A DNA stretch of 64,000 bases. It comes from Bacteroidia bacterium. GTDB lineage: Bacteria; Bacteroidota; Bacteroidia; M30B66. Numbering within the stretch: the stretch's first letter is position 1; each line of letters starts with the position of its first letter. Below, piece by piece: positions 10,789 to 21,163 of this stretch. The notes below the pieces were generated by a model. The model searched no databases. It was not told the origin of the DNA and was given only the letters and a program-made list of their open reading frames with translations. Where the stretch lies: assembly GCA_965279035.1 (NCBI GenBank), contig OZ257142.1:2057302-2121301 (forward strand). The letters run 5' to 3'. Position numbers and translations under genes: made by a program.

Positions 10789-11252
10789 TGATACGGGTGA
10801 TTATTTAAAATCGTCATGGCTCGATACATCTGTTCTAAAAACAATAATCGAATTAATTGATGCGAAAAAGTCATATCTGACAAGGAAAGTTGATGTGCTG
10901 CTTTTCTATACACCGCTTCTGAAAAACCAAATGCTCCTCCAATAACAAACACCAATTGCTTTTGTCCTTGATTCATTTGTCCTTGAATAAAATCAGCAAA
11001 ACCTGTTGATGGATAGGATTTTCCTCTTTCGTCCAATAATATTAAACGATCATCCGGCTTGATTTTACTCAATATCAATTCTCCTTCTTTTAATTTTAAC
11101 TGATCTGCCGATAAAGATGCTGCTTGCTTTAATGAAGGAATTGTTTCAATGGAAAAGGGTAAATAATTTTTTATACGTTGTTCATAAAATTCAATTCCCT
11201 GAACTAGGTAGCCTTGTTGTGTCTTGCCTATTTGCAACAATTTTATTTTCAT
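10779..11252 (-). CDS. rlmH: 23S rRNA (pseudouridine1915-N3)-methyltransferase RlmH
   Basis: 157 aa. MKIKLLQIGKT start, SPOUT fold, typical size and sequence for RlmH/YbeA. Confidence 0.8.
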   Translation of the reverse strand: MKIKLLQIGKTQQGYLVQGIEFYEQRIKNYLPFSIETIPSLKQAASLSADQLKLKEGELILSKIKPDDRLILLDERGKSYPSTGFADFIQGQMNQGQKQLVFVIGGAFGFSEAVYRKAAHQLSLSDMTFSHQLIRLLFLEQMYRAMTILNNHPYHHE

Positions 11253-11284
11253 TCAACAAATGTATAAAATGAAGATACTCTTGC

Positions 11285-11317
11285 TTGATCCGAAGTTCCG
11301 AAATACAACTATATTTG
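11285..11317 (+). promoter_or_regulatory. Putative Bacteroidetes sigA-type promoter (-33 TTG ... -7 TATATTTG) for the DUF4783-nadC-yihY operon
   Basis: TATATTTG at 11310-11317 matches the TAnnTTTG consensus. TTG at 11285-11287. It lies 66 nt upstream of the ATG at 11383. Confidence 0.3.
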
Positions 11318-11382
11318 CATTCGAAGTCTGCTGTGGATAAGGCGTCTGGCTTAATTATTGATTTTTCTGGCAAAACAATCGC

Positions 11383-11772
11383 ATGAGGTCATTCCTAATC
11401 ATTTTCCTAACAATCACAATGGGTTTCGCTCCATTGTCGGTGGATATAGGAAATGACATTGCAGCAGCCATTCGCGCTGGGAATGCTCGTCAACTTTCAG
11501 GATTTTTTAATAATAATGTCGATCTTACTGTTCTTGGTAAGGAAGAAATGTATTCCAAAGCCCAAGCAGAACAAATCCTTCGCGACTTCTTCCAAAAAAA
11601 TGCTCCGCGTAGTTTCAACTTAAAACACCATTCGAGCAATCCAACTTCTGCTCAATATGGAATTGGTACCTACATCAGCATTCAAAATGCGCGATTCCGT
11701 ATTTATTTCCTGATTAAGAAAATTGGAAATCAGTCATTCATACAGCAGTTTAGCATCGAACCCGAAATCTAA
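11383..11772 (+). CDS. Small secreted protein of unknown function (DUF4783-like)
   Basis: 129 aa with an N-terminal signal peptide (MRSFLIIFLTITMGFA). Co-oriented with nadC and separated from it by 4 nt. Confidence 0.5.
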   Translation: MRSFLIIFLTITMGFAPLSVDIGNDIAAAIRAGNARQLSGFFNNNVDLTVLGKEEMYSKAQAEQILRDFFQKNAPRSFNLKHHSSNPTSAQYGIGTYISIQNARFRIYFLIKKIGNQSFIQQFSIEPEI

Positions 11773-11775
11773 ATC

Positions 11776-12633
11776 ATGACCTTTAGCCAACAACAGGAAA
11801 AGCTCATCGAAGCTCTTATTCTACTTTCATTAGCCGAAGATGTTGGTCCTGGTGATTATACAACCTTAGCTACGGTTCCAACTAACATCACTCAAAAAGC
11901 CAAACTCATAGTAAAAGAGGATGGGATTTTATGTGGAGTTGATATCGCTCGACGTGTGATGAAAGCAGTTGATCCCGAAATGACCATGGAACAACTCTTA
12001 AAAGAGGGTGATTCCATGCAAAAAGGCGATATCGCATTTTACATTACAGGAAAACCCGGTTCCATTTTAACTGCCGAACGTTTATTACTCAATTGCATGC
12101 AGCGAATGAGCGGCATTGCTACGTATACGCGAAAATTGGTCAATCTCATTCAGGATACAAAAGCAACATTAATCGATACACGAAAAACTTCACCTGGAAT
12201 GCGTGTTTTGGAAAAATGGGCTGTTCATACCGGTGGTGGAGGAAATCATCGCATGGGTTTATATGATATGATCATGATCAAGGACAATCACATCGATTTT
12301 GCCGGTGGAATTACTCAAGCCATTGATCGTGTGCATGCTTTCTTGAAAGAAAAAAACCTTTCTCTCCAAATCGAAATTGAAGCCCGATCACTAGAAGATG
12401 TGAAAACGATTGTTGCTCATGGTGGAGTAAATCGCATCATGCTCGATAATTTCAATCCCTCGCAAATTCGTGAAGCACTTCCAGTCATTCCTTCATCATT
12501 CGAAATAGAAGCTTCTGGTGGAATCAATGAAACGAACTTGCGCGATTATGCTTTAACAGGTGTTCAATTTATATCCATGGGTGCTTTGACTCACCAAGTG
12601 CGTAGTTTGGACCTAAGTCTAAAAGCCTGCTGA
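11776..12633 (+). CDS. nadC: Nicotinate-nucleotide pyrophosphorylase (quinolinate phosphoribosyltransferase)
   Basis: Motifs TRKTSPGMR and MIKDNHI. 285 aa. Confidence 0.9.
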   Translation: MTFSQQQEKLIEALILLSLAEDVGPGDYTTLATVPTNITQKAKLIVKEDGILCGVDIARRVMKAVDPEMTMEQLLKEGDSMQKGDIAFYITGKPGSILTAERLLLNCMQRMSGIATYTRKLVNLIQDTKATLIDTRKTSPGMRVLEKWAVHTGGGGNHRMGLYDMIMIKDNHIDFAGGITQAIDRVHAFLKEKNLSLQIEIEARSLEDVKTIVAHGGVNRIMLDNFNPSQIREALPVIPSSFEIEASGGINETNLRDYALTGVQFISMGALTHQVRSLDLSLKAC

Positions 12634-13592
12634 TGTTTCGGAAATTCAGACAATGGGTGTATCACTTGCCCATCATTCATGGGTTTTTACGGTTTTTATC
12701 GCATGTAAGTCTACCCGGATTCAAAGAAATCTCTCTGCTCGATGTGGCGATGCAGTTTAAAATTAGTCTTACAAGCTCTCGAATATCCATGCGGGCTTCG
12801 GCAGTTTCATTCAATTTCTTTTTAGCCATATTCCCAACCATCATTTTCTTATTTACCCTTACTGCCTATCTGCCCATTGCCGATTTTCAAGAACAATTGC
12901 TCAATGCACTTGAAAGAGTCCTTCCCCATAATTCTTTCCTCGCAGTAAGAACTACAATCCTCGATATTATCAGCATCAAGCGCGATGGACTACTTTCCTT
13001 TGGGGCAATTTTAGCCTTGTTTTATGCTACCAATGGAATGAACTCCATCATACAATCTTTCAACGCAAGTATTTTTATCAAAGAATCCCGTCCTGCTTGG
13101 AAAATCCACTTAGTCTCTTTAGCGCTCACCATTATTTTATCGCTCCTTCTTGTACTCGCATTTACACTCATGGTAGTGACCAATTTTGGACTTGATTATC
13201 TCATCAAACACCACATCATCACCTACGGAATCAACTACAAACTCATTTGGTTGGGGAAATGGTTGATATTTTATTCCCTGTTATTTTTCTCTGTTGCTTT
13301 TCTCTATTACCTCGGTCCATCTAAAAATGCACGCACAGGATTTTTCTCCATTGGTGCACTTGCAACCAGCTTTCTCATTCTCCTTTTATTAATTGGTTTC
13401 TCCTTCTTTGTTGGGAATTTCGGAACGTATAATACAGTCTATGGTTCAGTAGGTGCACTCATTGCCGTGATGGTGTTGATTAACCTCAATGCCATGCTAT
13501 TGCTTTCGGGTTACGAATTCAATGCGGTTGTTTATCATCTTCATCGAAAAAGAAAAGGAAGGAAATCTTCCGATGAAGCGAATCTTTCCTAA
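12633..13592 (+). CDS. YihY/BrkB-family membrane protein
   Basis: SAVSFNFFLAIFPTIIF motif and 6 TM helices. Start overlaps the nadC stop (ATGA). Confidence 0.75.
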   Translation: MFRKFRQWVYHLPIIHGFLRFLSHVSLPGFKEISLLDVAMQFKISLTSSRISMRASAVSFNFFLAIFPTIIFLFTLTAYLPIADFQEQLLNALERVLPHNSFLAVRTTILDIISIKRDGLLSFGAILALFYATNGMNSIIQSFNASIFIKESRPAWKIHLVSLALTIILSLLLVLAFTLMVVTNFGLDYLIKHHIITYGINYKLIWLGKWLIFYSLLFFSVAFLYYLGPSKNARTGFFSIGALATSFLILLLLIGFSFFVGNFGTYNTVYGSVGALIAVMVLINLNAMLLLSGYEFNAVVYHLHRKRKGRKSSDEANLS

Positions 13593-13625
13593 GCATTCAC
13601 TATTTTTCGCTTAAATTCTTTCTGC

Positions 13626-16600
13626 ATGCGATTACTTCGACTGTGTATTTACTTCTGTGTTTTGACTCCGTCATTACTTCAAAGTCAAAATTCATCCTAC
13701 GATCCAATTCATCCACCCAATACTTATCAAAATTCAGATAACCCGAATTATTGGAAAAATCGCAAACCATTTCCCGGCTACTGGCAGCAAGATGTTCAAT
13801 ACACCATCAAAGCCAAAGTCGATGAAAAAACCGATATCGTAACAGCTACCGAAGAACTCATTTATTGGAACAATTCACCCGATACATTGAATTTTGTTTA
13901 CTTCCATTTGTATCAAAATGCATTTCAACCTGGTTCCTATTGTTCAGCTCTTCACGATGCGAATGATTATCCACTTGTATATGGTCCATACGAGAAAGAG
14001 AAACTAGGTACAGTCGTTTCGAATTTAAAAGTAGCTGGACAAGAAGTAAAAACCGAACTCGATAATACTATTCTAAAGGTATTTCTACCACAGCCATTGT
14101 TGCCCAATTCATCGGTCAGCTTTAGCATGGATTTTAAAACCTATTTCGATTATCAAGGAAGCATTCGCCGAAGAATGAAGGAATTCGGATCCTATGGTTC
14201 AAAGCATTATGATGGTGTGCATTGGTATCCGCGAATGGATGTGTATGATCGAAAATTTGGTTGGTGTACCGATCAACATTTGGGGAAAGAATTTTATGGC
14301 GATTTTGGAACCTACGATGTAGAACTAGAATTCTCCGATAACTATGTCATGGAAGCAACCGGTTTCCTGTTAAATAAGGAGGAAGTTTTACCAGCCGATT
14401 TACGTCAGAAACTTGACATCAAAAATTTCGCTAATAAACCTTGGGAAGAAACACCATCCATCGTCACTCCTTACAATCCCGCCAAGCGGAAAACCTGGAA
14501 GTTTCACGCCGAAAATGTGCACGATTTTGCTTGGACTGCCGATCCTAATTACCGCATAGGTGAAGCACAATGGAATGGAATTCAAATCATCTCTTTGGTT
14601 CAAGAACCTCATGCTGCACGTTGGCAAAATGCGGCTGATTACACAGCCAAAATCATCGAAACATACAGTCGCGATTTTGGAATGTACGTGTATAATAAAA
14701 TGGTCGTTGCCGATGCACGCGATGGAATGGAATATCCCATGCTTACCCTCGATGGTGGAGCCGATCCAAACTACCGTGGATTATTAGCTCATGAAGTTGG
14801 ACATAATTGGTTCTTCGGTATGGTAGGAAATAACGAAACATACCGTGCTTCATTAGACGAAGGTTTTACTCAGTTTCTAACCGTTTGGGCACAAGAACAC
14901 ATCGACGGGCCATATGCATTCAAAGGAAAATTCGCTAATAAATACGTTGAGAAATACACCAAACCTGAGGAAGTTCGCTATGCTCGCGCCATGTATGGCT
15001 ATATACGTGATGCGATTCGCGAAGACGAAACAACACTCAATACGCATTCCGATGATTTCCAAGGTGCAGTTGGTCATGGCGGAGGATATGGAAGTGTGTA
15101 TTATAAAACAGCAAGCATGTTGTTCAATCTTCAATATGTTTTGGGCGATACCTTGTTTTCCAATGCGATGAAGAATTATTTCAACGAATGGAAAATTGCC
15201 CATCCCTATTTTGAAGATTTCCGAAATTCAATCATTCATTACACGCATTCTGATTTAAATTGGTTTTTCGACCAATGGCTTGAAACATCCAAAGTGATTG
15301 ATTACAAAGTGAAGCGGGTGAAAAATAAAGGGGATGGTATCTATTCAATCACTTTCAAACGCAAAGGCTCTATGCAAATGCCTATCGATTTCTCGGTCTT
15401 CGATGTGGATGGAAAACGTTACGATTATTACATTCCTAATAATTGGTTCGAAAAGAAAACATCTGCAACACATCTGCCGCGCTGGATTGGTTGGGGTGTG
15501 TTAAATCCAAGCTACACTGCTCAAGTGAAGATCGATGCAAAATTATCCAATGTTGTTATCGACACATCTGGACGATTGGCCGACATCAACCGCCTCGACA
15601 ACGCTCGAAAATTACCCAATATCGTTCGCTTCGATTCGCGTGTTTCGAATACACCCGATTGGCATCAGTATGAATTTAACATTCGCCCTGATCTATGGTA
15701 TAACTTCTACGATGGATTCAAATTCGGTTTCCATATCAACGGTAATTACATGAATTACAAGCATGTTTTTGATGCTACCTTTTGGTTAAATACAGGTTTA
15801 CAAAAAATAAAACCCGGCTTTGATCAGGATTATAGCAGCTTCAATCCATTTTCATTTAAAGTAAACTATACCAATCCAACTGATAAAATCCTCAAAGGTT
15901 CATCCTTCAATGCATCTGTGCGATATCTCGATGGTTTGGCTGCAGCGCAAGTAGGCATGCGTTTTCAAAATCGTAAGAAAAACACCACGTTTTATAGCTA
16001 TTTCAAAAGCATGGTGCGTCCAGATTCATCGGATATTTATTATTTAGTTAATCGCTCAGAGTGGAATCCACGTCGATGGAATAACACACTTAACCTTGGT
16101 TTAGATCATGAGTATTCCTACAAACGAGGTTCAGGGAAAATGAATCTCCACATGCGCACCAGCGGTCCAGGTTCCGATTACGACTATTCTCAATTAAGTA
16201 TGACGGTTGTTAATTATAACCGACTTGGTAAATTCAATTTCAATACACGCTTTTTCGCACAAATTGGAACGGGACAAAATGTAGCACCCGAATCGGCATT
16301 GTTTCTTGCTGGTGCAAATCCTGAAAGTATGATGGATAATAAATTCACCCGTTCGGTTGGATTCTTTCCGCAAGATTGGAATGGTTTCGGAAATACAACA
16401 AATCATTTTCAATATGGTGGCGGACTCAATCTACGCGGATATGCTGGATACTTAGCACCATTTCAACGTGCCGATGGAAAAATTGTCCCAGTGTATAAAG
16501 GGAATTCAGGTGCTGCTGTCAATGCTGAATTGGAATTCGATCGACTCTTTCCCATTCGTCCTAAATTCACGCGCAACTGGTTAAAAATAAACACCTATCT

Positions 16601-16838
16601 CTTTGGTGATGCTGGCTTCCTACAATCAAATCTACCGGGCGAAAAAATGGCTTTTGCAAAACCACGCGCCGATGCAGGATTAGGAATCGCTTTCACCATT
16701 AAGAAATGGGGACCACTAAGTCTCGAAAAGCCAATTACATTCCGTTTCGATATGCCGTTTTTCCTAAGCAGCACACCCAAAGTTTCTCCCGACTATGTGC
16801 AAATGCGCTGGCTTGTAGGAGTAAATCGAGCTTTTTAA
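13626..16838 (+). CDS. Secreted M1-family zinc metallopeptidase (aminopeptidase N-like) with large C-terminal extension
   Basis: Signal peptide present. HEVGHNWF...E gluzincin motif. 1070 aa. Confidence 0.75.
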   Translation: MRLLRLCIYFCVLTPSLLQSQNSSYDPIHPPNTYQNSDNPNYWKNRKPFPGYWQQDVQYTIKAKVDEKTDIVTATEELIYWNNSPDTLNFVYFHLYQNAFQPGSYCSALHDANDYPLVYGPYEKEKLGTVVSNLKVAGQEVKTELDNTILKVFLPQPLLPNSSVSFSMDFKTYFDYQGSIRRRMKEFGSYGSKHYDGVHWYPRMDVYDRKFGWCTDQHLGKEFYGDFGTYDVELEFSDNYVMEATGFLLNKEEVLPADLRQKLDIKNFANKPWEETPSIVTPYNPAKRKTWKFHAENVHDFAWTADPNYRIGEAQWNGIQIISLVQEPHAARWQNAADYTAKIIETYSRDFGMYVYNKMVVADARDGMEYPMLTLDGGADPNYRGLLAHEVGHNWFFGMVGNNETYRASLDEGFTQFLTVWAQEHIDGPYAFKGKFANKYVEKYTKPEEVRYARAMYGYIRDAIREDETTLNTHSDDFQGAVGHGGGYGSVYYKTASMLFNLQYVLGDTLFSNAMKNYFNEWKIAHPYFEDFRNSIIHYTHSDLNWFFDQWLETSKVIDYKVKRVKNKGDGIYSITFKRKGSMQMPIDFSVFDVDGKRYDYYIPNNWFEKKTSATHLPRWIGWGVLNPSYTAQVKIDAKLSNVVIDTSGRLADINRLDNARKLPNIVRFDSRVSNTPDWHQYEFNIRPDLWYNFYDGFKFGFHINGNYMNYKHVFDATFWLNTGLQKIKPGFDQDYSSFNPFSFKVNYTNPTDKILKGSSFNASVRYLDGLAAAQVGMRFQNRKKNTTFYSYFKSMVRPDSSDIYYLVNRSEWNPRRWNNTLNLGLDHEYSYKRGSGKMNLHMRTSGPGSDYDYSQLSMTVVNYNRLGKFNFNTRFFAQIGTGQNVAPESALFLAGANPESMMDNKFTRSVGFFPQDWNGFGNTTNHFQYGGGLNLRGYAGYLAPFQRADGKIVPVYKGNSGAAVNAELEFDRLFPIRPKFTRNWLKINTYLFGDAGFLQSNLPGEKMAFAKPRADAGLGIAFTIKKWGPLSLEKPITFRFDMPFFLSSTPKVSPDYVQMRWLVGVNRAF

Positions 16839-16899
16839 TATTTTTAAATAGATACTCATATATCGTAGCTGTTTCGTTTAAAATTCACTTATAAGAACT

Positions 16900-17590
16900 T
16901 CGCTCTTCCTTTCTTGTATCACGGCAAGAAAGAAAGACGTCGTAGACATTCATGTGAAGATTCAAATGAAAACTAAATCTCGAATTGTCTAAAGTGTTTA
17001 TTGACACTAAAATGCAAACACGAATCAAGCGCATCGGCTTTGTCTGGGCGGCGAGGCAGCGATTCGTCATTCCATAGAAAAATAAAGCAACCAGCACACT
17101 GGGCGAAAAAAGGCATTGCGCGCTGAAGCATCGTCCAGACTTGAACTTCTTTGCATGCACGCTGAGCTTGTCGAAGCGTGTGTCAAGACAAGAATTACCA
17201 CGTCGTAGACATTCATGTAAAACCTCAAAAGAAAACGAACGTTCAAATTTTCATGAATGTTTATTGACACTAAAATGCAAACACGAATCAAGCGCATCGG
17301 CAATGTCTGGACGGCGAGGCAGCGTTTCGCCATTCCTTAGAAAAATACAACTACCAGCACACTGGGCGAAAAAAGGCCTTTTGCGCGGGGAAGCATCGTC
17401 CAGACTTGAACTTCTTTGCTTCCTTTCTTTGTTTCAAGACATGAAAGGAAGACGTTGTAGACATTCATGTTAAGATCCAAATGAAAACAAGATCTCGAAT
17501 TTCCCAGAATGTTTATTGACACTAAAATGCAAACACGAATCAAGCGCGTCGGCAATGTCTGGGCGGCGAGGCAGCGTTTAACACAAATAA
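16900..17590. repeat. Tandem direct repeat, about 2.6 copies of a ~255-bp unit (units starting about 16939, 17201 and 17452)
   Basis: Direct reading shows repeated blocks cgtcgtagacattcatgt..gtgtttattgacactaaaatgcaaacacgaatcaagcgc.tcggc..tgtctgg.cggcgaggcagcg...cagcacactgggcgaaaaaaggc...gaagcatcgtccagacttgaacttctttgc. The periods are 262 and 251 bp. Confidence 0.9.
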
Positions 17591-17668
17591 GAAAATTAGA
17601 TTGGGGGCATGAACCGGGCTTTACGCGGTGCACGGCACCTTGCTTCAATCCCTTGCCCTAACGTTAAA

Positions 17669-19141
17669 CTAGGAATCTTTCTTAAAAAACGGCAACATCG
17701 TTTTCAAATCATCCGCAGCGCGACTGTACCAAATCAAAATTCCGTAAATGATTCCGGCAACAAGACTATGTGAAGCGACATCAGCAATCACATTTCCAAA
17801 AAGAGGAAGTATACTCGAAACTCCATAGCTAATAACAATGGCCAATGCAATAAACAGAGTTCGTTTATCAAATGGTTGCAACTTAAATCGACTATAAATA
17901 AATAAATACTTAAATAAATTATATGTAAAACTTGCTAAACAGGTTGCCCATGCAGCACCTTCAATTCCAAAACGAGGTATGAAAACATACAGTAAAACAA
18001 GATTTAAAATAGCAACCATAACCAAAGCAATGGCTCCACTACTAAATCGATTGCTATTAAAAATAATGGCTGTATTCGAACCTGTCATTAAATTAAATAA
18101 AGCAGCCAAGCTCAAAATCCCAACAACAGGAACACCTTGATAATAGGTCGATGGCAACCATTTAAATAAATAAGGAGCATTCAATGTAACAAGCAAAAAC
18201 AAAATTCCACCTAATAGAAATAAATACCTCGCCGATTTGTAATAGATATCTTGAATGTTCGCCATATCATTTTTTTCCCAGGCATGCGCTACACGAACAT
18301 TGGCAATTTTATCTAGTGCATTCACAGGTGCTTCAATAAAAGTTGGAATGAAAGAAGCAATACCATAAACACCTACTAATGCCAAAGGAACAAACTGCCC
18401 AAGCACAATAGAATCCAATAGTTTTATAGCCATTGAAGCAATACCAGCAAAGAATACGGTCCAACCATACACCAGCATTTCTTTAATTAGTGGTTTTGTA
18501 ATAAATCCCCAATCGGGTTTTAAGGAAATATGACCAACACGAATGGCTTGAATGATTAAGATGACAAGCTGTAAAATAAATGTCCCAACATAGGCTGAAA
18601 CAAATCCACTCAAGTTTATTAATCCCGAAGAATAAATCAGGATAAGAGCAATAAAAAAAACGCGAATGAGCACTTCTTGGCCAAGTGCAGGTAGTAGTGG
18701 ACGAAATACTGAAAAGAGATAATTATTAAAAACAGCAATTAAACAAAGAACGATCGACAGTGGAAATACCCAAAAAAAGTAACGAACAAACAAGGCTGAT
18801 TCTTGAATGTATAAACCTACAAATGCATCTTTAAATAAATAGAGTAGGGGCAAACAAAGCAAACAACCAACTAGCGGGAACAATAATAGAAATCCAAGAA
18901 ATCCCTTATGGTTCGATGCAGCATCTCGGAATCTTGGGAAAAAGCGTGTCGTAATATTTCCACCACTCATCGGTAAAATGGTCGATACGAGAAACGAAAA
19001 GGAATATAAAACACGTGTCAAACCAATTTCTTCTGGACTTAAAAAAAAAGGCTGCAACACCAACAAACTGAACATCCCTACCACAATACCCGTGTAGGTG
19101 ATAACAGTACTTTGGATACCTTGTCGTTGGATTACGCCCAT
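17669..19141 (-). CDS. Oligosaccharide/polysaccharide flippase (Wzx-like, MOP superfamily)
   Basis: 490 aa, about 12-14 TM helices, typical polysaccharide biosynthesis protein pattern. Lies in a glycosyltransferase neighbourhood. Confidence 0.7.
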   Translation of the reverse strand: MGVIQRQGIQSTVITYTGIVVGMFSLLVLQPFFLSPEEIGLTRVLYSFSFLVSTILPMSGGNITTRFFPRFRDAASNHKGFLGFLLLFPLVGCLLCLPLLYLFKDAFVGLYIQESALFVRYFFWVFPLSIVLCLIAVFNNYLFSVFRPLLPALGQEVLIRVFFIALILIYSSGLINLSGFVSAYVGTFILQLVILIIQAIRVGHISLKPDWGFITKPLIKEMLVYGWTVFFAGIASMAIKLLDSIVLGQFVPLALVGVYGIASFIPTFIEAPVNALDKIANVRVAHAWEKNDMANIQDIYYKSARYLFLLGGILFLLVTLNAPYLFKWLPSTYYQGVPVVGILSLAALFNLMTGSNTAIIFNSNRFSSGAIALVMVAILNLVLLYVFIPRFGIEGAAWATCLASFTYNLFKYLFIYSRFKLQPFDKRTLFIALAIVISYGVSSILPLFGNVIADVASHSLVAGIIYGILIWYSRAADDLKTMLPFFKKDS

Positions 19142-19199
19142 GCTGATGCAAGGTTAGTGAAATTGATGAATTATATATCAAGAACCAACTTTAAGTAAT

Positions 19200-20237
19200 T
19201 CAATTATTAAGAATGTTTTTTCTGATTGCATTCATTCTTTTAGATAAAGGAAATTCATTCATAATTCGATTTCTACATAGATTAGAATTGTCAATTGTTG
19301 GTTCAGGAAGATTCTTAATTAATTCAACTAATTGATTTTTATTTTTATGTTTTAATATATAACCAGTTTCACCAATTATTTTTGGTATTGCTGCAACATT
19401 GCTCCCAATGGGAATACAACCACACAACATCGCTTCACAAATTGCATTTGGAAACCCTTCTGAAATTGATAATTGCATGTAGTATTGGTGTTTCTTAAAT
19501 AACTGATTTAGTAAATCGTGATCAGCAAAATTTACTAGTCGAATATTATTGGGGACTTCAATATCAAATGAAAAACGGTTATTACCAACAATTGTAAATG
19601 AATATAACGGAAATGCTTTTGCTGCTTCAATTACAAGATCAAGTCCTTTCAATATAAATCTTCTATATTCTTCAGACCCCGCAGCAACAGATATAAAGGA
19701 ATTCGGTTCTTTTATTAATTCAATTTTCCAATCATCAGCTGAATAACCATTATGTATTACTTCAAATTTTGCCTTTGTATTCGGACAATATTGAAGAATT
19801 CCTTGAAATTGATTTTGCTCTAAATCATATGTGTTTTGAGTTTGAATGAGTGATTCATCCACAGGCCAAATATCACTGCATAAATTAAAACTCCAACGAG
19901 TGAATGTTCCTAGCAATTTATTTTGGAAATTTCCATAATTGAGTTTTGGGAAACTAACACAGTCAGTTCCTCCCGCAATGATTATACATCTTTTACCAAT
20001 TATTTTTGAAAATAAAGTGGGTAGAAAAGTATGATATCCTCCAAACATGCAGATTAATACATCACTTCTCCAAATATTTATAAGAAGAAAAAGTTTTTGT
20101 TTAATGAAACTGACTGGAGTTTTCCATTTAGCAGAAGGAGCAAAAATAGATACATCAACTTTTGCGAAATCTTTCAATAATTCGATATCCTTCTTAACAA
20201 ATGAAGGAGTAGAAGTGCAGAAATAAAGAATTCGCAT
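19200..20237 (-). CDS. Glycosyltransferase family 4 (GT-B)
   Basis: EGFPNAICEAMLCGCIPIGSNVAAIPKIIGETGY, i.e. the E-x7-E motif region. Confidence 0.75.
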   Translation of the reverse strand: MRILYFCTSTPSFVKKDIELLKDFAKVDVSIFAPSAKWKTPVSFIKQKLFLLINIWRSDVLICMFGGYHTFLPTLFSKIIGKRCIIIAGGTDCVSFPKLNYGNFQNKLLGTFTRWSFNLCSDIWPVDESLIQTQNTYDLEQNQFQGILQYCPNTKAKFEVIHNGYSADDWKIELIKEPNSFISVAAGSEEYRRFILKGLDLVIEAAKAFPLYSFTIVGNNRFSFDIEVPNNIRLVNFADHDLLNQLFKKHQYYMQLSISEGFPNAICEAMLCGCIPIGSNVAAIPKIIGETGYILKHKNKNQLVELIKNLPEPTIDNSNLCRNRIMNEFPLSKRMNAIRKNILNN

Positions 20238-20245
20238 AAAAATTA

Positions 20246-20971
20246 TTAATTAAATGCCCTAAACCATTCAATCAACTTAAGTTTATACTTTGATTGCTTG
20301 GGCATCGACTTATAACTACGTTTTACTGAAAATAATATCCAATTATAATCCGGTTCAACAGTAAATAATGAATAGCGTTCATAAATTTCAATCATCAAAG
20401 GAGTATTTTCAATCGCTTTAGCGAAGTCTTCTATATAAAGAGATTGATCAATGATTTGTAATAATTGGGGAGCAGAAGCACGCACATAATTTAAAGATAT
20501 AGGATCAGGAATATGAATCGCAATCTTAGTTCCTTCATGTATTGCATTCGATAATAGTTTAAAAATGGCATTATGCTGCTCTTTAGGAATATGCTCTAGA
20601 ACATCTGGAAATATAATAAAGTCAAACTTACCATTGGGTTTGAAATCCGACATATCAGAAACGATGTATTGAATGTGTTTCTGATTTTCAGTTCTTTTTT
20701 TTGCAATTTCAATGCTTTCCGGACTAATATCGGCAGCTATCAATTCACCATCTTTTAAGTAAGCTCCTAACAATCCTGTAAGCGTTCCTATTCCACAACC
20801 AACTTCAAGAACTCTATGATTGGATTTTAATCCTGCTTTTTTTAGACGTTGAAGAATCGTATAATGACGAATATGAACACCTGTGTTTTGCTGTTGTGTA
20901 CTAAATTGATCGTAGTATTCTGAAACGTTAGTTCCCACAATATTAATTTTTGACAAATCTAAAGTATTCAT
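20246..20971 (-). CDS. Class I SAM-dependent methyltransferase
   Basis: VLEVGCGIGTLTGLL glycine-rich SAM-binding motif I. 241 aa. Confidence 0.8.
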   Translation of the reverse strand: MNTLDLSKINIVGTNVSEYYDQFSTQQQNTGVHIRHYTILQRLKKAGLKSNHRVLEVGCGIGTLTGLLGAYLKDGELIAADISPESIEIAKKRTENQKHIQYIVSDMSDFKPNGKFDFIIFPDVLEHIPKEQHNAIFKLLSNAIHEGTKIAIHIPDPISLNYVRASAPQLLQIIDQSLYIEDFAKAIENTPLMIEIYERYSLFTVEPDYNWILFSVKRSYKSMPKQSKYKLKLIEWFRAFN

Positions 20972-21106
20972 TGATTTATTTGAGTACGATTTAGGAATCC
21001 AATCTCTTTAATAAGAAAAACGATTTAGTTTAAATAGTTGATTTGTGATTTGCAATAAACTTAAAATAGGCTTGAATGAATTATTTGCTTTTTTTTTAAC
21101 TGATGT

Positions 21107-21138
21107 TTGTAGTTTGTAATACAAAAATTCTATTTTTG
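21107..21138 (+). promoter_or_regulatory. Putative Bacteroidetes-type promoter (-33 TTG / -7 TATTTTTG) for the T9SS cargo gene
   Basis: TATTTTTG at 21131-21138. TTG at 21107-21109, giving a 21-nt spacer. The ATG is at 21164. Confidence 0.35.
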
Positions 21139-21163
21139 ATAATTAAACTAACCTTAACCTAAA

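Noticed and set aside
16900-17590. Possibility that the tandem repeat is a CRISPR array
   Set aside because: Units are about 255 bp with no alternating short repeat/spacer structure. No cas genes are in the window.
16885-17648. Three 88-103-aa minus-strand ORFs (and a 110-aa plus-strand ORF) inside the tandem repeat, sharing the peptide RCLAAQTLPMRLIRVCILVSIN
   Set aside because: The shared peptide is just the DNA repeat translated. The repeat periods (262 and 251 bp) are not multiples of 3. The composition (Cys- and Arg-rich) is unlike the genome's proteins. The locally higher GC simply lowers stop-codon frequency. Treated as non-coding.
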